Source of the DNA: the human T2T-CHM13v2.0 reference genome, Homo sapiens
NCBI RefSeq assembly: GCF_009914755.1
Contig: NC_060931.1
Length of the DNA: 64,000 bases
Direction: 5' to 3' (one strand)
This document shows positions 1 through 16,206 of the stretch, in pieces. Both the position numbers and the translations under genes were made by a program. Within the stretch, counting starts at the first letter, position 1. Each line of letters starts with the position of its first letter. The notes beneath the pieces were generated by a model. The model saw only the letters and a list, made by a program, of their open reading frames with translations, did no database searches and was not told where the DNA came from.

Positions 1-3513
<3,513 letters not shown>

Positions 3514-3576
3514 TATGATGTTAGCTGGTTATTTTGCTCATTAGTTGATGCAGTTTCTTCCTAGCACTGATGGTCT

Positions 3577-4597
3577 TTATAATTTGGCATGTTTTTGCAG
3601 TGGCTGGTACCAGTTGTTCCTTTCTATGTTTAGTGCTTCCTTCAGGAGCTCTTGTAAGGCAGGCCTGGTAGTGACAAAATCTCTCAGCATTTGTTTGTCT
3701 GTAAAGGATTTTATTTCTCCTTCACTTCTGAAACTTAGTTTGGCTGGATATGAAATTCTGGGTTGAAAATTCTTTTCTTTAAGAATGTTGAATATTGGCC
3801 CCCACTCTCTTCTGGATTAGAGGGTTTCTGCAGAGAGATCCTCTGTTAGTCTGATGGGCTTTCCTTTGTGGGTAACCTGACCTTTCTCTCTGGCTGCCCT
3901 TAATATTTTTTCCTTCATTTCAACTTTGGTGAATCTGACAATTATGTGTCTTGGGGTTGCTCTTCTCAAGGAGTATCTCTGTGGTGTTCTCTGTATTTCC
4001 TGAATTTGAAGATTGGCCTGCCTCGCTAGGTTGGGGAAATTCTTCTGGATAATATCCTGCAGAGTGTTTTCCAACTTGGTTCCATTCTCCCCGTCACCTT
4101 CAGGTACACCAATCAGACGTAAATTTGGTCTTTTCACATAGTCCCATATTTCTTGGAGGCTTTATTCGTTTCTTTTTACTCTCTCTTCTCTAAACTTCTC
4201 TTCTCATTTCATTCATTTGATCTTCAATCACTGATACCCTTTCTTCCAGTTGATCAAATCGGCTACTGAAGCTTGTGCATGCGTCACATAGTTCTCGTGC
4301 CATGGTTTTCAGCTCCATCAGGTCATTTAAGGACTTCTCTACACTGTTTATTCTAATTAGCCATTCGTCTAATCTTTTTTCAAGGTTTTGAGCTTCTTTG
4401 CGATCGGTTCGAACATCGTCCTTTAGCTTGGAGAAATTTGTTATTACTGATCACCTGAAGCCTTCTTCTCACAACTTGTCTAAGTCATTCTCCGTCCAGC
4501 TTTGTTCCGTTGCTGGCGAGGAGCTGCATTCCTTTGGAGCAGGAGAGGCTCTCTGATTTTTAGAATTTTCAGCTTTTCTGCTCTGGTTTCTCCCCAT
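3577..4597 (-). pseudogene. L1 ORF1 remnant (disrupted)
   Basis: Starts ATGGGGAGAAACCAGAGCAGAAAAGCTGAA (MGRNQSRKAENSK) at 4597; internal fragment KRPNLRLIGVPE...RATPRHIIVRFTKVEMKEK; stop at 3577-3579; not one continuous ORF. Confidence 0.9.
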
Positions 4598-5170
4598 CTT
4601 TGTGGTTTTATCTACTTTGGTCTTTGGTGATGGTGACGTACAGATGGGGTTTTGTGTGGATGTCCTTTCTGTTTGTTAGTTTTCCTTCTAACAGTCAGGA
4701 CCCTCAGCTGCAGGTCTGTTGCAGTTTGCTGGAGTTCCACTCCAGACCCTGTTTGCCTGGGTATCAACAGCAGAGGCTGCAGAACAGTAAATATTGCAGA
4801 ATGGCAAATGTTGCTGCCTGATCCTTCCTCTGGAAGCTTTGTCTCTGAGGGACACCTGGCTGTATGAGGTGTCAGTCGGCCCCTACTGGGAGGTATCTCC
4901 CAGTTAGGCTACTCGGGGGTCAGGGACCCATTTGAGGAGGCAGTCTGTCCATTCTCAGATCTCAAACTCCATGCTGGGAGAACCACTACTCTCTTCAAAG
5001 CTGTCAGACAGGGACGTTTAAGTCTGCAGAAGTTTCTGCTGCCCTTTGTTCAACTATGCCCTGCCCCCAGAGGTGAAGTCTACAGAGGCAGGCAGGCCTT
5101 CTTGAGCTGCGGTGTGCTCCACCCAGTTCGAGCTTCCCGGACGCTTTATTTACCTACTCAAGCCTCAGCA

Positions 5171-5620
5171 ATGGCGGATGCCCCTCCTGCAGCCTCACTG
5201 CCACCTTGCAGTTCGATCTCAGACTGCTGTGCTAGTAGTGAGCGAGGCTCTGTGGGTGTGGGACCCTCTGAGCCATGCGCAGTATATAATCTCCTGGTGT
5301 GCCATTTGCTAAGGCCTTTGGAAAAGCACAATATTAGGGTGGGAGTGACCCAATTTTCCAGGTACCATCTGTCTTGGCTTCCCTTTGCTAGGAAAGGGAA
5401 ATCCCTGACCTCTTGCGCTTCCTGGGTGAGACAATGCCCCACTCTGTTCCACTCCATGGGCTGCACCCACTGTCTGACAAGCCCCAGTGAGATGAACCTG
5501 GTACCTCAGTTGGAAATGCAGAAATCACCTGTCTTCTGCATCGCTCACTCTGGGAGCTGCAGACTGGAGCTGTTCCTATTTGGCCATCTTCGACTTCAGT
5601 TTTTTAAATATCACTTGTAA
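5171..5620 (+). CDS. L1 antisense ORF0, open and C-terminally extended (149 codons)
   Basis: gcaATGg at 5171 gives MADAPPAASLPPCSSISDCCASSERGSVGVGPSEP..., homologous to primate L1 ORF0 (MAGAPPPASLPPCSLISDCCAS...). The frame stays open to the stop at 5618-5620, just past the L1 5' end. Expression is unknown. Confidence 0.55.
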   Translation: MADAPPAASLPPCSSISDCCASSERGSVGVGPSEPCAVYNLLVCHLLRPLEKHNIRVGVTQFSRYHLSWLPFARKGKSLTSCASWVRQCPTLFHSMGCTHCLTSPSEMNLVPQLEMQKSPVFCIAHSGSCRLELFLFGHLRLQFFKYHL

Positions 5621-5634
5621 TAGGTGACAATCAA

Positions 5635-6320
5635 AATGAGTGACTGAGGCAAAAGTCTTAATCATCAAGGTTTATTCAGCCCTAGCCTTAGGGCATATCT
5701 GGGAAAAGCATAAGCCATAGACACGTCTGTGGCTGTTTTTCCAAAAAGGTATTCAGGAGGTTTTATAGTTACACATTTCCTTAAAGTGGGAACGGTGTGT
5801 CGGGAGAAAGGCACCTAGGTGGTAAGGTGAATGTATGGTTACATTCCTGTGAGACGTTAGTTGGTGCCCAATAACTCTACATTACATAAGATAAGGTGAA
5901 CTCATGAAGAGAAAAAGAGAGTAAAGGAAGAGTTGGTTATGCAGATGTCTCTGAGTAGATGGAGGAACTACTGATCTCATCTTAACTTTGTTCTGCACCT
6001 GGGAAGATAAGCTTATAATCAACATGATCACTGTGGAATCCAACAGACTTTAGTTTTAGGAGGTAGACTTAGACTGCATACCTAACAGTTGTTACAATTG
6101 GCACATTCTTGTTAGTGGAAGACAGGCAAATGGTTTGCTCATGAATGGTTTGTGGGGGCAGCCCTGTGCAGGCACCTCACCTTTCCGTGAGGACCTGGCT
6201 GATGCATAAAGCTAGTCACACCTATTCCTTTGGAAGGGGGTGTTGCATGACTCAGCTTCCAGGCTTAACCTTCCCTTTCTCATAAGAAGTTTGGGGGTCC
6301 TGATTTTTTTTTCCTTTATA
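5635..6320 (-). mobile_element. MER4-group ERV1 solo LTR
   Basis: Reverse complement begins AAAGGAAAAAAAAAATCAGGACCCCCAAAC...AAGGGAAGGTTAAGCCTGGAAGCTGAGTCATGCAA, typical of MER4-group LTR 5' ends; minus-strand AATAAA near 5672. Confidence 0.6.
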
Positions 6321-6599
6321 TGGTAGTAGAAGTGGAGAGAAGTAGTTAGATTCTGGCTGTATCTCAAGACTGATTCTGATGATGAGTATGGGAAGCTGAC
6401 ACATGGCTGTTTTGATTTTTTTTTCTTTAATTACTAAAACCTTGAGTGAGATATCCAGCACAATGCACCTGAAGGATGTTGCCCAAAGTGTTCACAGGAA
6501 TCAGATTTCAGGAATCCTGCCAGGTATATTGCAAGAAAGGCCTGACCCATTCAGATCAACAAAGTTACAAGCTTAGAAGAGCTTGTAAAAATAAGTAAT

Positions 6600-6715
6600 A
6601 GCTGGGCACAGTGGTTCATGTCTGTAATCCCAGCACTTTGGGAGGCTGAGGTGGGTGGATCACTTGAGCTCAGGAGTTTGAGAGCAGCCTTGGACCACAG
6701 GACAAAACCCCATCT
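6600..6715 (+). mobile_element. Alu left monomer/FLAM-like
   Basis: gctgggcacagtggttcatgtctgtaatcccagcactttgggagg...aaaccccatct; interrupted by the next Alu. Confidence 0.85.
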
Positions 6716-6720
6716 GTAAT

Positions 6721-7031
6721 TTTTCCTTTTTTTTTTTTTGAGACGGAATTTTGCTCTTGTTGCTTAGGCCCCAGGCTGGAGTTCAATGGCACGGCTTCTG
6801 CTCCCTGCAACCTCCGCCTCCCAGGTTCAAGCAATTCTGCTGCCTCAGCCTCCCAAGTAACTAGGATTACAGGTGCATGCCACCATGACCAGCTAATTTT
6901 TTGTGTTTCTAGTAGAGACAGGGTTTTCCCATGTTGGCCAGGCTGTTCTCGAACTCCTGACCTCAGGTGATCCACCCGCCTCAGCCTCCCAAAGTGTTTG
7001 GATTACAGGCATGAACCACTGCACATGGCCC
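6721..7031 (-). mobile_element. Alu (S-type)
   Basis: poly-T then gagacgga...cctcagcctcccaaagtg...ggattacaggcatga. Confidence 0.95.
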
Positions 7032-7048
7032 ATCTCTACTTTAAAAAA

Positions 7049-7050
<2 letters not shown>

Positions 7051-7124
<74 letters not shown>
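7051..7124. repeat. Compound microsatellite (TC)n(TA)n(T)n
   Basis: Directly visible; abuts the Alu tail. Confidence 0.95.
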
Positions 7125-7408
<284 letters not shown>

Positions 7409-7484
7409 TAAAAAATTTTTTAAATAAGTAATGGCTGTCTGGACAGGATTTGTGAGGATCATCATCTTAAATAACGTTTTAAAA

Positions 7485-7512
<28 letters not shown>
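7485..7512. repeat. (TG)n microsatellite
   Basis: Directly visible. Confidence 0.95.
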
Positions 7513-7515
<3 letters not shown>

Positions 7516-7539
7516 GAGGCTGGGGTGGGGGATGGGACA

Positions 7540-8357
<818 letters not shown>

Positions 8358-9257
8358 AAATCTGGTGTAAGAATTGTTGAATGAAGAAATACAAAGATTG
8401 AGTGAGGCATGGGGAGGTTCTGAGATAATGATTTAGTTAATGATGCTTCTAAGATATGAATAATTGAAACAGTGGTGGTAGCTTTGACACTCCATTGCAA
8501 GTCTAGCCAAGCCAATTAAAAAACAAGAGTCTTAAATTTTTCTTCCACTAAATTTAAACAAATCACAGCTCTACTTAATGCTTTTAATGTTATTTTTTAT
8601 TAAGACAACATAATTTATTAAATACTAGTGGCAAGGGAGGGAATTTTCAGTAGTAGGTCACATACTATAAGAACCCTTTGAATATGATAGAACCATTCAG
8701 CAACTCAGGAAAATAGATACTATTATGACTTTTTCACACATTAGTCACTACTATTCAGAGCAAGAAGTAACCTTCCCAAACCTGTCAACTAGCAGGAAAT
8801 GAAGCTCCAAAGCCCATCCATCCTTCTCACACAGATAGAAAAGTTCCCTTGAGAGCAGTAAGCCGGGAAAGCTTTCCACACTCATGAAGTCCTCTATAAA
8901 TTCACTGTAATACTGATGGTTTTTCAATCAGAAAAAACCAAACATCTAGATTTGTTAATGCTTCACTTTGCTTCATCATTTGGGTAGGTTTTACATCTCT
9001 TCCGTTCAACACACTGGAAAGGACAATCAAAATCTGCCATGCCCTTCACCCCGAGAAAGTCTCCACCCAGACCCTGGAGCCTGAAAGTTCTTGGGATTTT
9101 CTTGTCTCATCATTCACATGGCTGTGACAATATTCTACACTCCTGTGATGCCCTGTAGCCCTACCCAGACTCCAGCGTTTTTACTTCCATTACTCCCACC
9201 CCGGAGCCCCCACAGTGAGTGCTCTAAGACCCATTTATAAATGCCTCTTTCTTCCAG

Positions 9258-12200
9258 GGTCCATCTGAACCTCAGGGTCCTCTAGGATACCCAGGACCTC
9301 GAGGGTTAAGGTAACCGACCTCCTGGCTGGGGATAAAGGAATGTGTTCAGGGGAGCAAGATGGGGTCTCAAGAGTTTGGTCTTTTTAACCCACCTCTATC
9401 CCCTCACCACTCTACCTCTGTTCACCTCTAAGTCCAGGGTAGAGATGGAATTCGGAGTCTGAAGGGCCATGAGGGTGCAAAGGTGAGCACCGTGCCCCCA
9501 GCTTCCCAGCACCTCACTCCTGCCTGCCCCATGCTACCCTCTAGCTCCTGAGCCCACCCTTCCAGCCATGTTCTCAGAATCCTACATTAGAACCCCCAGC
9601 CCTCTCTCATCTGTGGGGTCCTCTCACCTCCGTCTTTCTCAAGGGAGAACGACTGTCTTGGATTCAAAGGTGACATGTGTGAAGGATATCAGGTTGAGTG
9701 AAGACCTCACGCTGGCCCCTACTCCGTGTCCTAATGATGCACTCTGGAGCCCCCAAGCACCAGTTCATTCCCTGGAGGCCCTGGGCTCCCCAGTGCTGTG
9801 CATCCTTGGGGGCCTGATCCCTGCAGGACTGTAACCCCATGGTCTGCAACACGCTGGCCATGGATGACGACACTATTCATACCCTTCAGCGTTCCCTGTC
9901 CCGCAATAGCTCCTGGGATCTACCAGCCCCACTCAGCCTCTCTGGTGACTGCTTCTCCTCTGGGCTCAGACCTCATCCCCAGACCCCAACGCTCACCTCT
10001 CCCACCCTCTCCCTCCCTGACTGTGCTTCCTCCACAGGGAACATCGGGTGGTGATGGCCTCCATGATCCCCCAGAGAAAGGGTGTGACTTGAGTGCCTTC
10101 TTCCTCTGTGCTCCCCAGGGAGCAGCAGCATCAGAGTGCTCCCAGGGTGCCAAAGGGACACACTGGACCAACTGGAGACCCTGGGCCCCCTGGATTCACA
10201 GGTGAGGAGGTGATAGGAGAGGGATCTGTGCCTGGGCACTCTAGGGATGAGGGCACATGAGGTCAGGGTGGGTGTGGGGGTGCCTGCAGCTACTGTCAGC
10301 CAGTCAATTAAAGATGGCTATGCATTCATTATGCTCCTCTCTCTGTATATGGCACCTCCTAGCTGACAATGGATTGAGGTGGGTATAGAAGAAGTCAAGG
10401 AAAAGCCCCTGTCATGAAGAGTTGGATGGAGACAGGCACAGAGTGGCCGCAGGTCCAAGCAGAGTGAACATGCGTCCAAACTGGCAGTGGCAGCCCCTAG
10501 AAGGGAGACACCAACAGCACCGAGATCTGTGGTCTCCAGAGCTGACATCTCCTGCACTTGCCACGTGCAGGCGCTGTGCGGGACCTCCTCTCCATCCTGT
10601 GAGGTGGGTGTGGACAGTCCTATTTTGCAGGTGAGGCTTTGCAGAGGCACAAGCAGGCCAAGTCATCACAGGGTCATCAAATGGCAGGGCAGGAACTGAG
10701 CCACAGTGGTTGAGCTGCAGAATCACTGCTCCCAACCCCCTGCTCCACAGCTGCCTGGGCTGGATGAGCCCTGGAGCAGCAGGAGGCATACAGGGGAGCT
10801 GGGTGCTGCACCGCATGGGCAAAGGGCCGGAGACGTGTGGGGAAACTAGTCCTGGTGAAGCAAGAGTGGGTGCTGGGGCAGATGGAGCTGAGGGTGGCAG
10901 ATGGGCAGCAACTGGATCACAGCAACCTTGAAGGACTTGACGGAGCTGCAGGCACAGGGATGTCAGATCCCAGCACTAGAGTTGGAGAAAATTCACTCTT
11001 AGGAAGAAGGAGACTGGGTGTGCTGGCTCCTTCCTCACCCCAGGGAGGAAGCTGAGTTCCCCTGCCCAGCACCTGCCCCATTCTCCTGACTCTGTCTACC
11101 TCTGTCTCTAGGGTCTCCCTGAACTCAGGGTCCCAATGGATTTCCTGGCCCCAAAGAGCCCCTGGTGAGTTGTCACCCGAGCTCTGACCCACCCCTGGTT
11201 CTCTGAGTCCTTCCCTGCCTCCTTCCAGCCCAGAGTTCACCTGACATCTGGACTCCTTCCAGGGCACCCTGGGAATGACAAGCTGCCGGGACACTCAGGC
11301 CAGAGAGGAAAGGTGGTGAGGGAGACCCCTGGCCACCAATTCTCAGGAGGCCCCTCAAATGCCAAAGCTGTCTGGGAGGCCCACAGAGACATTTTCTGAG
11401 CAGAACAGAGCCTGCCCTAATGCTGTCCACACCCACGGGCCGAGGCTTGATGTGACCTTGTTCCTCTTCTGGAGCCCAGGCATCTACCCTACAGCACCCA
11501 CTGCACTCCCCCCTTTTCCTCTCAGGGTTTCCAAGGGGAGAGCAGCCCCCGTGGCCCCCCATATGTGGTGGGACCTCAGCTAGGTCTGTTCCCAGGAGAG
11601 AACGGCTCCCAGACCCTGGAGTTAAGTCTGTCTGGCTCTCTTCTCTCAGTCACACACCCCTGCCTCTGGCTCGCATGTCTGGAACAGGTAGCTGGGGACT
11701 TGAGGGGGCTCAGAAATCTCTCTTTTTAATTTGGCAGCACGGATGGCTGTCGCTCCTCACCTCTCCTTTTCTTTTAGGGTGTCCATGGGGTTCAAGGGAA
11801 GGATGTTCCTGGTCTGAGGGGCTTCCCAGGAGAGAGAGGCCTCCTAGGCACTGCTGTGAGTGTGACTCCCAGAGCCCTGCCTGGACCAAGGACCAAGTGA
11901 CCTGAACCCCTCCCTGACCCTGACCCTGCTCCATGCCACTCCCCACTCCCATCTCTCTGAACCTATCTCCTCTCGCCAGCCCTCACCCTTCTCTTTTCTG
12001 TGAAGCTCCACCTTCCCCAAATCTCTGCTTCAGAGTGTGGACCCAGCTTGAAGAGGAATGAGGTCCAGTTGGCCCCCTTACCCTGCAGGGAGCCTGGGGT
12101 TCCTGGGGAGTGGGAGGAGGGAACTAGGAAAGGGGGTGTTGAGGCAGGGTGGAGGTGGCATCCAGATCTACGCAGGTGCTGTGGGACTGGGCAGAGGGAA

Positions 12201-15200
12201 TCTAGAGTCAGCCAGAATGCAGCTGATTTGGGGCTCTTCTCCTGGGAATTGTGCTCTGAGGGCCCTGGTATGAGTGGGCTTGGGTCTTCCTCCCTGGGGA
12301 TCTCACTCATCTCAACTTTCAGGGTTCCCCCCTAGGGAGTGAGGTGCAGCAGGATCAAGGGACCCATTGCCCCCCGCCAGGGTGCCCAGGCCCTCAGGAA
12401 CCCCCTGGATCAGCAGGAGAGACAGGTGTCCCAGTGAGAGTGGGGACCTTGGGAGTGGTTCTTGGGGAGGGGTCTGTGGGCTGAGGGGTGATGGGCTATG
12501 AAAGGTTTCCTGTGGGTGTTTGAGGGTGAGGGTCACCTCCAGGCCATGACTCCTCCTTCCTGCCCCACAGGGTGAAAAGGGCCCCATTTGTCTGCCTGGC
12601 TGTGATAGGGTGCAGAGTCCTGTGTGACTTCCTGGTCCTGCTGGGCCTCCAGGTGTGGCTGGAGAAGATGGAGACCAAGAGGAGAACCCCAGAGAACCCG
12701 ACCAATCTTCTCTCCACATGAGAGGGCTGAGGTGGGCTTGACTCCTGAGCTCTATCATTTCCTCCCTCTGGTATCTCCTGTGCCTTCTCCTCCAGGATGA
12801 GGTGGGGGACCCCAGGAAGAAGGGCATCAAAGTGTCCATGACCTTGACGCCCTGGCCTTTAACCTCATTCCCTCCTGGTTCCTCCCTGCCTTGGTGTTTC
12901 TGACTCTCGTCTCTCCCCCAGGGCCCTCCTGGACCCCCTGGACTCACTGGTCCATGGAACAGCCTGTAGCAGTGGTGAGTGAACCCTCGGCCCCCACGCA
13001 AGGCCCTGGCAGCCTCTGCTCTGCCTTCAACTCCCCTTTGCCCCTGAGGCTGGGTTTGGGAGTGGGGTCTCTGGGCCTGGTACCCAGCTATGTATGGGGT
13101 TCGTGCATAGAGAATGCCTGACCCATGACCCATGTCTATGTCCTTGTCCCTGCTTCTCTCCTTCCCCAGGGAGCAGATTGGGAGCCCAGAGCTCAGGGAC
13201 CCCAGGGACACTTTGGAGCCAGAGTGTGGGGAGCCAAAGGCAATAAAGGTAGAACAGGATTCATGAATCTATAGGTGAGATGCGGCTGGGGACGGGCTGA
13301 GAGGCAGTGTCAGGATGGGGTGATGTGTGTCCCAGACCCTGCCAGCAACATGCTTTAAGGACTGGGTTGGTGGGGGCAGAAGCCTGGGGGCCATGTGGGG
13401 TCTGAGTGGAGGGGCTGTGGGACCCATCAGTCTAGGGCTGTGCTTTGGGTGGGTGGTCACCTGGGTCCATGCTTTCTGCACCTGCATAGCGTGTGCCAGG
13501 TCCCTCTGGGGAGAAGGGAGAAACAGGAGATGTGGGTCCTATGGTGAATGTGACCCCTACTGACCCCAGACCCCAAATGGTCACCCCTGCCTGGCCAGCC
13601 CCCACCCCACTGCTGCCTCCCTGCCCTGACTGCTCTTCCTCCCTCCACACTCCTTCATTGTGCCATTTCACTTCCCTTCCCCACCTCTGGTGTATCTGTT
13701 CCCCTGCAGGGACTACCTGGACCCAGTGGCACTGGTGTGAGTCATCCCAGCCCCTGCCACTTCAGAGCAATGAGTCTGATCCTCTGCGTCCCTTTCCTCA
13801 GATCATAAACTCTTCGCCCCTGAGAAGCCCCTTCCCCTGGGAGGCCCCCACTGTCCCACTGCCATAACCTTGGGATGCTCATCTGGGCCTCTGCCCCTGC
13901 AATAACCCCACCTCCTGAAGCGATGTCACCTATTTCTCTTCCTCTTTCAGGGTCCACAAGATCCCCTGGGAGGTGTTGGGGCCCTGGGTCCCCCTGGAGA
14001 GAAGGTAATTGGGAAAGGGATGAAGGGGACCAGTCTTGTGGATGAGGAATGACAGTTGGATTTCTGCCAATTTTTTGTTGAGGAGACAAAAGAGAATAAA
14101 ATGTGAGAAATACCAGGATTTTGTGAGGGGGCAATGAGGTTTTTGACCCCAATCTCTTTGCTCCTGGAGCCAGGAGAGTCAGGATCTCCAGGAATCCAGG
14201 GTGAGCCGGGTGTCAGGTGAGTGACAGCTCCAGGGCCCTGCTTCAGAATTCCCTTCACCCCTCTCAGCTGCACCCCCCTCTTTTCCTGTGACTTCCTTGA
14301 GTTGGAGCTCCTCTGCGGCCAGGAGTCTCTGCTCCCAACCATCCTTGGAGTGAGGCTTTCCACCCTGTCCTTGAACGGAAGGGGACCAGGGGACTCCCCT
14401 TATAGGCTAGACTTTCTATGTGTATCCCATTGTCCTCAAGGGCAGTAGGGAGTGACTAAAGGAGTCTTGGAAGCAGGGGCTGCATCCCTGTTCTTCAAGA
14501 CCCTCTGTGCCCTCCACTTGTTCTGCAGGGTACACATGGGGAGTGTGGGGGGAAAGGAGAGTCAGGGCAGCCAAGTTTCTGGGAATATGGGTATCTGTGA
14601 GTAAGGATCTTGGACTGTGGGGAGCCTGGGAATGGGGGGATGCCTGGGAGGGAGGCTCTGGGAATGGGGTATCCTGGGAGGATGCATGGGATCTGGAGTC
14701 CAGAGAGAAAGTGAGAGATACCCTGTGGCTAATACCATAAGGCATTAGACAGCATGAAGTGCTCGAGGTGGGGATAGGGGTGCAGAGACCTTCTTCCTAG
14801 GGAGGTGCCAACAGATGAGCCTGTAGGGAGGAAGAGGGTCTCATATGCCTGTGGGAGTCTGTGTTGGGTGGGCTTATGGGGCTGTGACCCTGACTCTTGT
14901 TCTCCCTCTGGATTAGGGTCTTGGTTTTCCTGGAGACCCTGGCCCCCCAGGAGAAGGTGGCTCATGTGAGTCTTACTGACAGAGGGGAAAGGATGAAGAG
15001 GTTGGGGCTTCTGTGGGGTGCCTCTGTGCAACTGATGGGCTTAGATGTTGGGAAGCTGGAGATATGGCAGGGCAAGCAGGGGAATGCAAGGCTTAGCAGT
15101 TTTAGGGGTGATGCCAGCTGGGTCTGGCCTTGCTTCATCCCTGCAGGACCAGGACAGTGTTAACGGTGACTATGGCAAGGATGGTGAGCCAGTACAGCCC

Positions 15201-15950
15201 GTGAGTGACCAATGTCCCTGCCACCCCCACTGAGCTCCAGCCTTCAGCCCCTTACCCCTCTTTTCTGTGCCCTACTCCTGAGGGGTCCCTTAGCTGGAGG
15301 CCAACACTCACCCACCCCAATTCCTCTCATTCTGTGGATCCTCTGGTCCCACTGGGGAGAATGGACTACCTGGACCACATGGAAAGCAGGTAAGTGAGGT
15401 AGAAGACCCTGGGACCTTGGGAGGTAGTCGCTGGGAAATGTGGGTAGAGGCTGGGTGGTGACAGGTGGCACTGACAGGGAGATGCCTGGTGTCTGTGCTG
15501 TCCCTGGATGTGGTGTGTTGCATGAGCACATGGGTTTATGAGTGTGTTGTGTCTCGGGCATGTTGCTCCTGGGTTTTTGTGAGCATGTTCTCACCAGGGC
15601 TGGTTACATGTACTGGCCAATCAGAATGGACACTGGAGGAGGGGCTGGCCGGCTTCTCTGCTGGGTCAGGGATTAACCTGGGCCACTGGGTGGGGCGTGG
15701 TTAAGGGGTTCTTCCCCAAGCATCCATGCTCCTCAGCATTTTCACAACGGACACAGCTCCATCTGTTCTGAACTCACACTCTGCTTCTGTGCCTGTGTGT
15801 GCAGTGTGTGCATGCAGTGTGTGCATGCAGGGTGTGCATGTGTGTGTGTGTGGAGTATGTGTGCATGTGTAGCACAGGAAGGGGAAGAGTGGAGCCTGGC
15901 TGTTCAGGACCTCAAGTTTTCTCCCTTCCTGTCCCATCTGCAGGGTCAGC
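9258..15950 (+). pseudogene. COL11A2: Unprocessed (intron-containing) pseudogene fragment of collagen XI alpha-2, triple-helix region only
   Basis: Short Gly-X-Y exon remnants, mostly ag/gt-flanked, match recalled COL11A2 peptides: 9258-9310 (GPSEPQGPLGYPGPRG), 9438-9482 (GRDGIRSLKGHEGAK), 9644-9693, 10038-10081 (GTSGGDGLHDPP), 10119-10209 (..GHTGPTGDPGPPGFTGEE), 11112-11164, 11263-11315, 11526-11579 (GFQGES..VVGPQ), 11778-11855 (..GLRGFPGERGLLGTA), 12034-12087, 12323-12433, 12571-12679 (in-frame TGA 12625), 12796-12832, 12922-12974, 13170-13274, 13490-13543 (PGPSGEKGETGDVGPM), 13710-13736, 13951-14004, 14166-14216 (EPGESGSPGIQGEPGV), 14529-14575, 14917-14965, 15147-15200, 15336-15389 (GSSGPTGENGLPGPHGKQ). 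Gly substitutions, frameshifts, stops and dead splice sites throughout. The symbol given is the parent gene. Confidence 0.93.
15795..15870. repeat. Imperfect (TG/CATG)n simple repeat in the last pseudo-intron
   Basis: gtgtgtgcagtgtgtgcatgcagtgtgtgcatgc... Confidence 0.85.
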
Positions 15951-16004
15951 TAAGAATAGCCATGACTCAAGGGTCAGCTAAGAATAGTCATGACTCAAGG
16001 GTCA
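15942..16004. repeat. 28-bp tandem duplication (2.25 copies) at the collagen fragment's right edge
   Basis: agggtcagctaagaatag(c/t)catgactca at 15942-15969 and 15970-15997, plus agggtca. Confidence 0.95.
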
Positions 16005-16084
16005 TTTAGGACACAGGAAGATACCAGATGAGGAAACTCTCCCCAAGTCCTAAACTCATTCACAAATTAGAACACATAGGTCCA

Positions 16085-16200
16085 GCCCAGGCACAGTGGC
16101 TGAAGCCTGGAATCCTCCCGCTTCCTGCTTCGGGAGACCAAGGCAAGAGGATCTCTCGAAGTGTGAGTTGGAGGCCAGCTTGGGCGACACAATCAGGAAA
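16085..16200 (+). mobile_element. Diverged 7SL-derived monomer (FAM/FLAM-like)
   Basis: gcccaggcacagtggctgaagcctggaatcc...cgggagaccaaggcaagaggatctctcga...gagttggaggccagcttgggcgacac. Confidence 0.7.
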
Positions 16201-16206
16201 AGCAAG

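Noticed and set aside
12312-13211. 299-aa minus-strand ORF, the longest non-L1 ORF
   Set aside because: It is the antisense shadow of GC-rich collagen exons and introns (SPGGPGGP, PGGPAGPGS are reverse-strand Gly-Pro codons); no domain or independent gene signals.
9258-15950. Functional collagen gene, or the annotated MHC COL11A2P1
   Set aside because: Frameshifts, stops (e.g. TGA 12625, TAG 13272), Gly losses, dead splice sites and no propeptide exons; no HLA-DP sequence in the window.
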